Below are positions 13,871-27,488 of a stretch of DNA of 64,000 bases, piece by piece. Made by a program: the position numbers and the translations under genes. The notes beneath the pieces were generated by a model that saw only the letters and a program-made list of their open reading frames with translations, was not told where the DNA came from and did no database searches. The first letter of the stretch is position 1. Each line of letters starts with the position of its first letter. Origin of the DNA: Amoebidium appalachense (taxonomy: Eukaryota; Protista; Ichthyosporea); the NCBI GenBank assembly GCA_963693365.1, contig CAVNZM010000001.1:11310161-11374160 (forward strand), written 5' to 3'.

Positions 13871-15059
13871 TACCCCATGCACAAGATCAGATCTGTGCCC
13901 GCCCCCCCCTCCCCCCCCCCCCCCCCCCCCCGATCCCCTCCCCTCCCCTCCCCAACCCCCCCTCCCCACCTCCGGTGTGTTATATGTGCGTGCAGAGCTT
14001 GCGATGTATGTACAGTATGTGGGTGCCTGTGCGTGACATTGTGTCAATGTGTGTGACATTGACATGTTAGCATAGGAGTGAGTTGATTGAGTGAGCGTGT
14101 TTAGTGTCTGTGTGTGTACATGTGTGTGTGTATGTGTTGATGTGCGTGTGTGTGTTTGTGTGTGTACATGTGTGTGTGGTTCAGTGTGTCCGTGTTTTTT
14201 TGTGTGCTCTGAAGCGAGCGTGCGTGCGTGCGCGTGTGCGTATGTGTGTGCGTGTAAGTTTAGCACTGTGTGTTTACATTGTGAAATAAAGTGTTTGTGT
14301 GTTTGTGTGTGTTGTGTTTGTGTGCGTGTGTATGCGTTCATGTGTGTCTGTCCGTCTGTCTATCTGCCTCGAGCTCTATTATACGTGCGTGGGTGCTTGT
14401 GCACGTGTGCCCTTTTGCGTGCGTGTCTCAGATTTTCTTGGTGTGTGCTTCAAAATGGCGCTGGCGGCGGTTCGTTTTGTGGTGGCCACAGAAGTCTCAC
14501 AGCTGCAGTGCTCAAAATCTACCCGTCGGCGAGGCTGGGGTGAAAACCCCTGGACTAATAGTTAGGCTTGGTAATGGTGTGTTAAAGCTTCGGATGGCAC
14601 CAGAGCACCCTAGTTAACGATTAGTCGGTGCTGGGTGCAAGACAGTAGTTCCTCTTGGGGACCCTGAGGGACCCTTTGGGAACAAAACGGGATAATATAA
14701 AAAAATAATAAAAAGGCAGGGCTCAAAACTGTAATTTTACTGAGTTACACAGTACGCTGTCACTTACTCCAGGTGTACACACTCAGTTCACGACGTGCAT
14801 TGCTGTGTGAACGAGCACGTGCACGTAAAAGTGTTGCACATGATAAGTTTGCAAACACGCGGTTTACCCCAGTTCTGCGCAGTGCGCAGGATAACACATT
14901 TCAGAGCTTTAAGCCAGTTTCTCTGCACTATAGTTGTGTTTGCCATAGGTCATTGGCAATGGCGATGGGCTCTTGGTTACAATGATTTTCTAGGTAAGGG
15001 ATGTTCATCTTAGTAGATTGTACGTACCAGTAGGCGATACCAGCGCCCCCACGCCTCCA

Positions 15060-15512
15060 TCCCCCCCCCCCCCCCCCCCCCCCCCTTCCCCCCCCCCCAC
15101 CACCATTGACAACCACTACCACCACCCGGCCACCACCACCTCCACCACTACCACACACACACACACGCACGAACACAAACACATACACACTCACGGCCGG
15201 TAAGAGAGAGGGGGGAGGGGGGGGAGGGGGGGGGGGGGAGGAGAGTGAAAAGAGTGCATGTTTCTTTCCAGTGTTTCCCCCCTTCTCCCCCCCCCCCCCC
15301 CCCCCCCCCTTCCCCCCTCCCCTTCCCCCCCCACCACCACTGACAACCACCACCACCACCCGGCCACCACCACCTCCACCACTACCACACACACACATAC
15401 ACACACGAACACAAACACATACACACCGTCACGGCCGGTAAGAGAGAGGGGGGGGGGATGGGGGGGGGGGGGGGGGGGGAGAGTGAAAAGAATGCAAGTT
15501 TCTTTCAGTGTT
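15060..15512. repeat. Tandem duplication, two copies, period about 234 bp
   Basis: TGACAACCAC..CCCGGCCACCACCACCTCCACCACTACC..CGAACACAAACACATACACAC..TCACGGCCGGTAAGAGAGAG-polyG-GAGAGTGAAAAGA..CAGTGTT occurs at ~15107 and ~15341. Confidence 0.85.
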
Positions 15513-15648
15513 GATTTTCCAAATATTTGAAAACAAGAAACGAGAATTTCCGATTATTCCTGTAGTCACATTCTACAGCACCACGGTTCTCCAGTATTTA
15601 TGCGTGTGTGCGTGTGTGTGTCACCCTTGTGCGGGTGCATATTAGCAC

Positions 15649-15990
<342 letters not shown>

Positions 15991-16273
15991 CGCGCACAAT
16001 TGCAGGGGCGCGGGTGCGTGTGCGGGTATGTGTGTGTGCACGTCACAATGTGTGTACAATGTGCTCACATGTTTTTATTATCTTTTTTTTTTCCCTCTTT
16101 TTTCATGGAGCCTTCAAACTCGAATAGTATCATAATCCGATCATGGCATTGCAACTTGAATAGGACCATGATTCCCTGCCAGTTCAGAATAGTAGAAAGT
16201 GAGAGCAACACAGTTCAAAAAACCAAAAAAAAGGACCAATTCGCCGTGACACGTTTGTGGCATGCATGTGTTA

Positions 16274-16311
<38 letters not shown>

Positions 16312-16312
16312 A

Positions 16313-16348
<36 letters not shown>

Positions 16349-16355
16349 TGTATGT

Positions 16356-16405
<50 letters not shown>

Positions 16406-17377
16406 ATGTGTGCGCGTGCATGTGTGCGTACGTGCACGGGCGCACATGTGGGTGTGGGTGGGTGTCACGGTGTGTGTTTATGGCCTCAAGAATGATTCTG
16501 GGTAGTACTCATGTGGGGAGGAAGCAGCGTAAGTACGCTGAAAGAAAAAACGTGATCACGTGACTGATGCCTGTGCACCTCAGACATGTTGGTTCGGATT
16601 TACTGCGCTTGGTGCTCTGAGATTCGGTTGGGCCATGGAAAAGGGGGGGGAGGGGGGGAGGGGTGGAGGGGGGGGAAGGGGGGTCTGGACAAGAAGACAA
16701 CGGAGGGGGAGGCGAGGGGGGACTCAGGGGGTTGGGGGGGGGGGGGGGGGGGGAGGTGAGGGGGAGTGGGGAGGCCCTACCCGGGACGCCGGGTTACGGA
16801 ATGATGAAGCATTAGGGATGGATAGCCTTCATCTGTGTGTGTGTGGAAGGGAAGGGTGGGGGCGGACCGGGATTCAGTGGGAAGGAGGGGGGAGGGAGGT
16901 GGGGGGGGGGGGGGGGAGGGTGGGAGAGAGAAAGGGGGGCCCCGGGACCGGGGGGGGGGGGGGAGGAAGAGAAAGAGAGAGTGTGTGTGAGAGGGAGAGG
17001 GAGGGAGGGTCTGAGAGATAATAATAGAAAGGGAGAGAGCAAGAGAGAAAGAGGGAGTAGGATCTCAAGCGAGAAATATATAGTGCGAGAGAAGGGGTGG
17101 GGTGGGGGGGGGGGGGGGGTGGGGAGGAAGAGGGGGAAGGAGAAAGCGGGGAGGGGGGAGGGGGGGGGGAGGGAGGAAGAGATAGAGAGAGGGGGAGGGG
17201 AGGGAGAGAGAGGGGGGTGAGCACGGGAGAGAAAGAGAAAGGAATAGAGAAGAGCCTCGCGGCAATCGGGGGGGGGGGGGGGGGGGGGGGGATAGAGAGA
17301 GTGGAGGGGGGGGGGGGGGGGGGATCTGAGAGGGGGGGAGGGGGAGGGAGGGGAGGGAGAGAGAGAAAGAGCCTGAG

Positions 17378-17511
<134 letters not shown>

Positions 17512-18248
17512 TAACGTGTGTTTGTGTGTGTGTGTGTGACGCGTGGGGAGGGCGGGGGGGGGGGGGGGGGGGGGGGGGCAGGGGGTGATAAAAAAGGGAA
17601 AGAATTCGAAAGAAAAAGGACGGGACTGGGCTTAGGGAGAGGGAGCCGGGACGAGTGAACGATAAAATAGCCTTGCTTGCAAGGACGTACAACGTTGATC
17701 AAAGAACTTGTGATACACTTAATTGTGAGGCTGGTGCAGTTTTAACCCTGAAAGCAGGGGAGATAGACTCGGAAGCACTAGGTACGGGGGGAAGCGCCAA
17801 TCAACAACACAACTGATGTTGGCCCAGGATGTATCGCGGATAAGATCCTACTATTATTACACTGAAAAGAAGAGACAAACAGAAAAAAGGCAACAACGTA
17901 ACGAGCACAAAAAATAATAAAGATTGTTCGGTTATATGCTTTTGGAGAATAAATTTCATAATTTTTACCATTAGTAGTTGCTACCGTTGTAAATTATATA
18001 TATGTTTGTCACGGATATGGGTGATGGTGTCATGGTACAGTCTCCTGGTATCACTGATCCCTAGGTGGCGAGTTCACATACGTGGCCTTTTTTTGGACTT
18101 TTTCCCCATGCTCCTGCCTCTCTGTTCATTAGGCTACAAGTCTAATCCATGATATAAAGAGATGTATTCTCTGTCCTGGCTATGTGCAATATCATAGTAG
18201 GGCCACTAACTCAAATTTAGACGTCACGCCACAAGACAGTGTGACGGT

Positions 18249-18565
18249 GTGCGCATGCGTCCTGTGTACACGTATAAATTTGCCACGTACCACCCTCATC
18301 CTGATTGGTTCAAGCCGGATGCGCATCCGGAGGCAGGATCAAAGGGGCACGTGAGCACTTTTGATTCGTCGAGGCAGACTCATCAGTTTGCACCAATCAA
18401 AAACGTTTCCACAAGCAGATACCCAATCGGCTAATAGAATGCTTCCGATTGGATTTCAGAGGAATGTGTGGAATGTCTCCGTGAGTCCAGGAATTTCGCG
18501 GTCGTCACCAGCTGGGAAGCTCAAGTGTCCGCATGTTGTTTTCCCTTGCACCGCCATATAAACGC
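18249..18565 (+). promoter_or_regulatory. Candidate promoter (NRF1-like site, four CCAAT boxes, TATA-like element), probably of the NHL gene via non-coding first exon(s)
   Basis: TGCGCATGCG at ~18250; ATTGG/CCAAT at ~18304, 18393, 18423 and 18448; TATAAA at ~18557; a donor-like CA|GTAAGC at ~18594. The region is CpG-rich and repeat-free. Confidence 0.35.
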
Positions 18566-18954
18566 CGTTAGCAGAATAAAAACCCGTTTCTCAGTAAGCG
18601 CGTCTTTTCATGCTTGCACACGCATAAAACGTCATCGTCGTGTGCTTTTTTACCCATACGAACTTTTTATCGTCTCGAAACGTAGGCCTGCACGGCCCCT
18701 AACTCGCAGTAAGTGCAACTGTTTTTATTTTCATATCTCAAACACCGTTTCATACAAACCGGGTATGCTCATTATTCCGCGGAAGGCTGCTTGATCATGA
18801 AATGTTATTTTTTTCTTTCTAAATGACACAGTATAGGCGTTCACTATCAGGTACGTATAGGCACACGTACACGGTGACACCATTTGTAAGACAACAGATG
18901 ATGCGTCAGCTGCACGCACATGTCAAGGTTTGAGCTAAAACGATATAGGCAGTC

Positions 18955-18989
<35 letters not shown>

Positions 18990-20263
18990 CGCACTGCGAC
19001 AAATAGAAACAGAGAACAGCTACTTGCTTCTGTATACATTTCTGTCCATGAATGAAGGAGAAAAATAGAAGCATGATAATAGACTATGAACTCAGGCGCG
19101 GACGGTCCAAAGTCTTCACAAAGGATGAATCAAGTGTAGTAGAATACTAAGCTCTTTTTTCAAATTGGTGAGTGTTTGACTCTGGACTGCAGGCTCCACG
19201 CGTGTGTATGACATCAACAGAGGCAGCTCTTGATGCCGTGCCAAGTTATCAGGTACTGTGATAGTGCGATAGTATTCGAGTTGCTTGCGCGTTTGCAAGC
19301 ATGCTATTCTTTACATTTCCTGTTTCCTTCTCCATTGTGCTTCACCACAATTCTCTCACCTTCCCAACACTGACATTTGTTTTGGTTTGTCCATTTTAGC
19401 ATGCAACTCTTCATAACGCGTTTGAACCTGCTTTGTTTTCTAGAGTTAATCGTTGTTCCCGAGAGGCCCATGTTCGTTCATCAAGTGTTCCACTACCACT
19501 CCCTTTTGAAGGGGATCAAGTGTGACACAAGCACATTCGCGCAAACATGCACGTTCACACGCACACGTACACAGTGCAGCACACCACACACACACACGCA
19601 CACACACACAAACACACACACACGCACACACACACACATGTCATGTGTGTGATGGTGAACCATGCACGTGAGCTTTTGTGTTCACTTTCGTTACGTTTTG
19701 GTGGCAGGAATGCAGTTTGTGTCAGGGGGGCACGTATATCCGACATTAAAGAGTAACTTTGACTGTGTGCACGTTGCTGAGCAAGAGCAAACGAAACATT
19801 TTGGGGGAAAAGCAAGGGTCGGTGATTAAACACACCAATAAAAACGAAACAGCCTTTCTGTGTCACAACCTTGCACTTTCCGAGAGCTTGACTAGGAATT
19901 TTTTACAGATAAGGCTTGGTGAGCTTGTGAGTTTGTTCACTCTCCGAGGCTTTAAAAACATGGGCTTCTGTTTACTCTTGTTGGAAATGCTTCTGCATCA
20001 ACTTAGTTCATTTTTTTTTTTTGCCTAAATTGTTACGTTCGTTGTAGACAGACACCCCCCCTTAAGGTTATTTTCTTAAGGTTGACGGTTGTTAAAACTT
20101 TCAACGGGACATGCAGTGATACACAAAGGTGTTAAATTCTACTTGTATTTTACACAACATGCCCCTTACTGTTTTGCTTGACTTTTGCTTATTCCCCTTC
20201 TCCAGCATTTTGGCACGGTAACCCTAATGTGTCTCACATGATATCATAGGCTTTATAATGATA

Positions 20264-20417
<154 letters not shown>

Positions 20418-20585
20418 CTGTACAAACTCTTCCGCTCTGAGACTATGATGCTGTCCGAAAAGTGTATGGTGACGAAGCCTGAAGTTACTTACCATTCGTT
20501 GCCTCCACCCAGATTCTGAAATCGCCGACGACGTCGACAAACTGAAACCCCCCCGCATTTCCTGATTTTGCGACATCCAATCATC

Positions 20586-22702
20586 ATGGACGATCCAATG
20601 ATGAATCTCCAAAACGGGAATCGCACCGATCATCTTTTGCGATGTCGTGATCTACTCGCCCAGCTACGTACACTCACGCAGCAATTTCACTCGACCACCG
20701 ACGCCATTTTGCACACACTCTCCTCCGTGCTCGATGAGATCCAATCAGAACGCACCGCACTTACGGAGGAACGAAGGCGATTGGCTGAGCAGACTGGTCG
20801 GGTCAATTTGATTGGTGGCGGAAACGGTGGGGTTGGTAATAGGGGACAGAAGAGTGGGAATGGGGCGTCGAACGAGGAGACATCAGGGTATGTGCCCCTT
20901 CCCCTCCCCACACACACACAAACAAAAAGAAAGAAAGAAAGGAAGGAAGGAAGGAAGAAAGAAAGAAAGAAAGAAGAAGAAGAAAGAAGGAAAATATAAA
21001 AAGGAAGGAAAGAATACGGGGCAAAAAAAAAAAAAAAACCAAAAAAAAAAACAGCAAAGCCTAGAACGAAAGGAACCTTAGAGAAGAAGGGAAGGGGGGT
21101 TGGGGGGGGGGTGGGGGGGGGGGAGGGGGGGAGGGGGGGGGGGGGGGGGGGGGAGAGAAGAAATGGGTGGGGAATCGAGAGGAAGGGGGGGCCGGGGGTG
21201 GAGGTGGAGGGAGGGGAGGGAGGGGGAAGGGGGTACGCGGAGAGGGGGGGAGGGGGGGGGGGGGGGGGGGTGGATAACTGTGGAAAGAATAAGTAAGTAG
21301 GCCATACCCGTGTGAAAACCGACCTTCTATCCAGCGTACAATCGACGTCTCGTTGTTTTCTTCTGCTTGGATTTATCACACACCACAGACACCAACTTTG
21401 GATGACCTAAACTGACAGCCTCTTTCTTGCCCCCCCCCTCCCCCCCCCCCCCCCCCCCCCCCCCAACAACAACAAAAAAAAAAAATATAAAAAAATAACA
21501 TACCACAAACTATCACACCACCACCTGCACACTGCTTCCTTCAATCCCCCCTCCCCGTTTGTTATCATTTTCTCTTGCAGGGCCAAAAAGAAGCCCCCCC
21601 CCCCCCCCCCCCCCTTGGCCCTGCCCCCCCCCCCCCCCCCCCCCCTCCCCCTCCCCCTTCCATTCCCTCCCCCCCCCCCCCCCCCTCGCCCTCCACCCTC
21701 CCCCCTCTCGCCCCCTCCCCTCCACAAACAAACAAACAAAAATAAACAAACCAAAAAAAAACTACAGAGAGAATGGGCAGTCCGGCACCGACGGTGTACA
21801 AGCACCCCCGATCATGCGCCGATCTAGCAGCAACACGACAACAGAAGAAAGCAACCTACCCACCAGCGATGAAGCAGCAAACGAAGAAATTCAACCCACA
21901 CGTGAAAATTCAACAGACCCCATGACACAGAGAATTTCCACCGGGAGTACAGGTGGGGTCGGTGCAAATTCACTCCATCCGGTCGAAAATATGCCCGTGC
22001 AGACAATCGTTAACCCACTCTACGCACACCAACAACCACCCACACGAATGATGACCGAGATGCACCCGAATTCCGACCCGAATTTCGAGCGGCGGGCTGG
22101 TGGGGGTTCAGACTGGGAGGGGCAAATCAGCCCGGGGATGGTGAACCAATTGCAGCTGGGCGGCACCGGAAGGAACCATTTGATTCGCTCTCAGTCACAC
22201 GGAAATCTACCCGCCCCATATGCACCCCCGTCCTCCCACCACCACCGTCGCCGATACCGCTCTGCAAACAATTTTGTCGTTCGTTCGACGATGGGGGGTT
22301 ACAATAACGAATATCAGTATACCTACAGTGGAAGGGGGAAGGAGGATGTTGTGATGGAACAAATGCCCGATATGGATATGGGGGAGCCTATAGCGGATGG
22401 TGTAGGGGGATACGGGGTAATGGGTGGGGGGGTCGGTGGGAGGTATAGCGTCACTATTGCTCCGAGGGAAGTTCAAATGGTATGTGAACAACAACCCTTC
22501 CCCCCCATCCCCTGCCCCCTTTTTTTCTTTTTTCTTTTCTTTTTTCTTTTCTTTTTCTTTCTTTCTGTTCTTTCTTTTCTTTCTTTCTTTCTTTCTTTCT
22601 TTCATTCTTTTTTTTTTTTTTTTTTTGGTGGGTGGGTGGGGGGGGGGGGGGGGGGGGGGGGGAGGGATTATCATGTGTTAAATAATCAGTCACCCCCCCC
22701 CC

Positions 22703-22733
<31 letters not shown>

Positions 22734-23663
22734 ACACAAAAAAAGAGAGAGAGAGAGAGGAAAAAAAAACAAAAGAAGAAAAAAAAAGATATCCAACCCC
22801 CCCCCCCCCCCCCCCCCCCCGGATAAAAGGCAAAGATTTTGATATTTCCTCCCTCCCCCCTCCCCCCCCCCCCCCCCCCCCCCCAACCTCGCCACACCCC
22901 GCCCTTTTAGATTAGTTGTATCTCCCCCCTCCCCCCCTCCTCCCCCCCGTCCCTACCTCCTCTGGGACCTCACCCATTCCCCTCTCCGCACCAACGTCCG
23001 TTTCACCCAAACACCTCTGCTTAACCACTTTTTGTCTTCTTGATCAGCCCCCCCTTTCCCCCCTCTTACACACTCATTTTTTTTTTCCACCTATAACCCT
23101 GGTATTTCCGACTCAACCCCTTTCCCCTCCCGTTTATCCCAGCTCGAGCATCACCTGAATTCTGTTCACCCCCCCCCCCCCCCCCCCCCCCCCATTCGGG
23201 CCGGAAAATGGAATCTATTGGCATACTCTTAGTGCGTGCTCTGCAAATCTGCATTTATGTTGTCCTTGGTGGGTGTGCATTTTTTACTTTTAACACATTC
23301 TACCCCTTCCCTTCCCTCTTCCCCATCCTCCCCCCCCCCCCAAGCAGCCCCCCGTCGTGCCACCGCCTGCCCGCCTCCTGCAGCTGCGGCCTTTGGGAAG
23401 AAGTGAGCATGGGCAGCCAGTGCCCTACCGCTATCCCCTGAGCGTGGCCTGGACCAGTGGGCAGTTTCTGGTGGCCGACTTTGGCAACGATCGCATACGC
23501 ATCATCGATTCCGCTGGAGTGTTGGTCAGGTGCGTGTGTGTGTTTAGGGTTAAAAAAATTGAAAATGAGTTGATGTGCTATTAATAGCGCTTCTCTTAAT
23601 CCCTCTAAAACCCTCATTCCTCCTCCTCCCCACCTCCCCCCCCCACCTCCCCCCTCCTCCCCC

Positions 23664-23694
<31 letters not shown>

Positions 23695-25009
23695 ACGCAC
23701 ACGCACACGCATACACACACCCCGGTTAGCCCATAAAGGGTAGCTCGAATTAGATTACACCTCAAACAATGACCCCTTTCAGCCCCCTTTTGCCCTTCCC
23801 CGCCGGATATCTGTGTTCGGGTTCTAGAGGGCAAAGTGAAGTGGTTTAAACTCGGGTACACGTAATGTGATTTATTTGAGCCCTTCCAACCCTGAGCATA
23901 TACATGCTCTACCTTTTCAAGTATTTTCTCCCCCCCCCCCCCCCCCTATCTTCGGCGCATTGTTCGTTGGGAATTTGTGTTTTTTTCTGGGTTAATTGCC
24001 AATACCCCCCCCCTTCCCCCCCCCCCCCCCCCCCCCCCCTTCCCCCCTCCCTCCCCGCTGGTCCCCTTGCCCACCACCCTTAATCCCTCATCCCGTTCCG
24101 TCCTCACCTCCGCTCGTTAGGATTTTGGGCTTTTTTCTGGGTACCTTATCATAATCTCCCCCTCCCTCCCCTCCCCTCCACCCCCCTCCCCATGCCCCCT
24201 CCCACCTCCCCACCCCCCACCCCCTCTTCCCCCCCCCCCCCCCCCCCCCCCCCCCCCGCGCCCCCCACTCTAAAAAAAAAAAAAACACCAAAAAAACACC
24301 CTACTGCATTACTACACACACAGAGCTCTCCATGTTATGCGCCCACGTGCCGTGTGTGCCGACATCCAGGGCCGCATCTACGTGGCCAGCGAGGATAATT
24401 CCATCCGCGCCCTGTGGTTGAGCCCCCACGCCAGCGGGCTGGTGCGCCAGTGGGGCTCCTTGGGAACAAACCCCGGTGAATTTCATGACCCGTCCGGAAT
24501 TGCCGTGGACAAGGATGGTCAGCTGTACATTGCAGACACTGAAAACAACCGCGTGCAGGTAGATCTCCCGCCTCCCCCCCCCCCCCCCCCGGGGAGTCCC
24601 CCCCCTCCCCCCCCCCCCCCCTCCCCCCCTCTTCCCGGTCCAAAAAATAAAAAAAAAATAAAAAAGAAAAGAAAAGAAAAAGAAAAGAAAAGAAAAATAA
24701 ACAAGAAATTACCCCCCCCCCCCCCCCCCCCCCCCAACAAAAAAAAAAAGAAAAAAAAACAAACCATGCCATTTCAAACCAAACCTGCCCTCCAACCACA
24801 CATCCCCTACCATTGCCCTCCCCTTTCCCCCCCCCCCCCCCCCCCCCCCCCACCCCCCCATCTCTTGAGAATATGCACACACAAACGCATTTGGACACCA
24901 ACACAGCCCCCCCCCCTCTCCATCAACCCATAAATCACACATGTCGCGCTACAGCTTGCACGCGCGCTTGTGCACACACACACGAGGCCACACACACACA
25001 CACACACAC

Positions 25010-25068
<59 letters not shown>

Positions 25069-25107
25069 CAGGCACACACACATACACACACCTACACACG
25101 CACACAG

Positions 25108-25167
<60 letters not shown>

Positions 25168-25832
25168 GCACACACACACACACACACACACCACACAGAC
25201 TCCTCTCACTAACACTGACCCTTATCCCTCCGCACCCCCTCCCCCCTCCCCCCCTCCTCCCCCCCCCGCCACCCCCCACCCCCACCCACATCTCTACCCC
25301 CCTCCCCTTCAATCCCCCACCCCCTCCCCCTCCTCCCCCTCCTCACCCTCTTTCCCCCACCCCTCCCCCCCTTTGTTTCTTTCAACCCCAGATCTTCACT
25401 ACGGACGGCACACACATCCGCACCCTCGACCTCCCAGGCAAACCCTTTGGTGTCGCCATCACCCCCGCCGCCGATTTTCTGTTCGTCTCTCTCACCTCCA
25501 ATGACGTCATTATGAAAATCAGCACGCAGACGTGGGAAAACGTTGCCGTTTTCGGTGTTCCCGAACCGATTCCCGCGGGCGAGGCTCCGATTGGTCAGTT
25601 GAGTATTCCCATGGGAATCACGTTGGATGCTTCGGGAAGACTCTGGGTGGCGGATTGCGGGAACGGGCGGGTTGTGGGATTTTCGGCCGACGGCGGGGTT
25701 TGTGGGTCGATTGGAAAGGGCGAGGGGGGGCTTTTGGGCCCGGCTGGGGTGTGCCTGGACGAAAATGGGAAGGTTTATGCGACTGACTATAGACTGCATG
25801 GGTTTTTTGAGGTGTTGGGGAGTCCTTCGTAA
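20586..25832 (+). CDS. NHL-repeat (beta-propeller) protein with an N-terminal coiled coil and a long disordered linker; 5 exons, about 611 aa
   Basis: Exons 20586-20887, 21768-22479, 23384-23529, 24324-24558, 25392-25832 (1836 nt, phase-consistent GT-AG). NHL blades: YRYPLSVAW..FLVADFGNDRIRI, RPRAVCADIQGRIYVA, GEFHDPSGIAVDKDGQLYIADTENNRVQIF, KPFGVAIT, QLSIPMGITLDASGRLWVADCGNGRV, GPAGVCLDENGKVYATD. The start codon is the least certain part. Confidence 0.85.
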
Positions 25833-25865
25833 GCTTGCACGCGGAAGGTGACTTTTTTGTGTGCT

Positions 25866-25953
<88 letters not shown>

Positions 25954-27457
25954 CTTATGTGTTCTTGTGTGTGCTTGTGTGTTCTTGTGTGTGCTTGTGT
26001 GCCTGTGTGCTTGTGGGTGTTTTTGTGTTCCCGCGTGCACGCGCGCCCGTGCATGCATTTTCGCTTTTTTTCTTTTTTCTTTTTGGGGGGGAGGGGATGG
26101 TTGGCAATGTAATCGAGGTTCTGGGATGATCAAGACATATTTACGGGTAGGGGCAACGGTGTTTGTGCCGAGTGTATGAAATATGTTCTGAGTGTTTTTC
26201 ATTATGATATATACACATGTGATACGCAAAAGTCACGTACATACATCCTTGAAAGTTTTTATGTGTTTGTATTTGATGGATTATATCTCCGATGATTTAT
26301 ATCTCACTCGATGCTATGTAGCTTGATATATATGCTGTTGGTTAACCTTGCCCTTCACCCGTCGTTTTTGGATGAACACAATTGAATTTTTTCCCCCCCT
26401 CCCTTCCTTTTTTCCCTGCCATTATAAGGTTACCTCTAACCATCTTAAAGAAATTCGCAACAGGTATATGACTATAGATCGACTCTGGCGGTTCATTTGT
26501 ACAGGGCTTCAATGATTCACCCTTGTCTTTGTATTTCCTTCCGTATATTCCCCTTGAAATCCCACAATTCTGTTTGGATTTTTGCTATGTTTGTCGTTTT
26601 TTCCCTACGTCTTCTTGTGAATAGACCTTGTGTATATGTTATTAACCAAATTGTGCACGTTGAACTGTATGTGGTGATATCCCCTGTTTATCACCCAACC
26701 TTTATTTTGATGTGCTTTTGTCATTGATGTACACTTTTTGTAAGATATGAACATTTTGTGCTATGCACAGACTGTGAAAACTTGTAATATTGTTATTTTG
26801 TTTTTCAGAATTTTACTGTAGGGTTTCACACGTCATGTGTAAAATGCATGTATATACTCTTAGCATTATCATCGAGTCATGCACACGAACCAAAAAAAAA
26901 AAAAAAAAAGAATGAATATACATTCAATTTAAATATGCCACGTTGATACAACATGCAGCATCCATTTTCATGGTACCGAACGGTTCACTCACAGAGCCCC
27001 CCCCCAATTTTTTTTCGCGGCATGAGTTAAGACTGCTTTGTATGCAACACACCAAGATCCATACAAGGTAATTCGTGCAAACCGTGGAGATCCCATAGAC
27101 CTCCAACCCCCCCCCCTCCCACCCCCCCCCGCCCCCCCCCCTCCTCTGCCCCCCTCCCTCCCAAACCTACAACCTATCTCTTTCTGGTACTGCATCCCTA
27201 AACCATCCCCCTAGCACTCGCACCTTCCTCCCTTCCCCGGCATTCACCCCCCCCCCCCCCTCCCCTCCCCTCCTCCCCCCCCCCCCCCCGCACCGTACTG
27301 TTAGTGGGATGAGAGGGGGGGGGGGGGGGGGGGGGGCTCGAAGACGGCATTGTAGGCGTGTGGTAGCAGACATATGCAACCTATTTGCAAGGGGCTAATC
27401 AATTATCTGCAATTCGACAGATCTGCTCTCTCCCCCCTGCCCCCCACCTCCTCCCCG

Positions 27458-27488
<31 letters not shown>

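Noticed and set aside
19096-19252. Exon-like AG/GT-bounded segments upstream of the NHL gene
   Set aside because: No sustained reading frame or motif. They may be 5' UTR exons, but this cannot be supported without transcripts.
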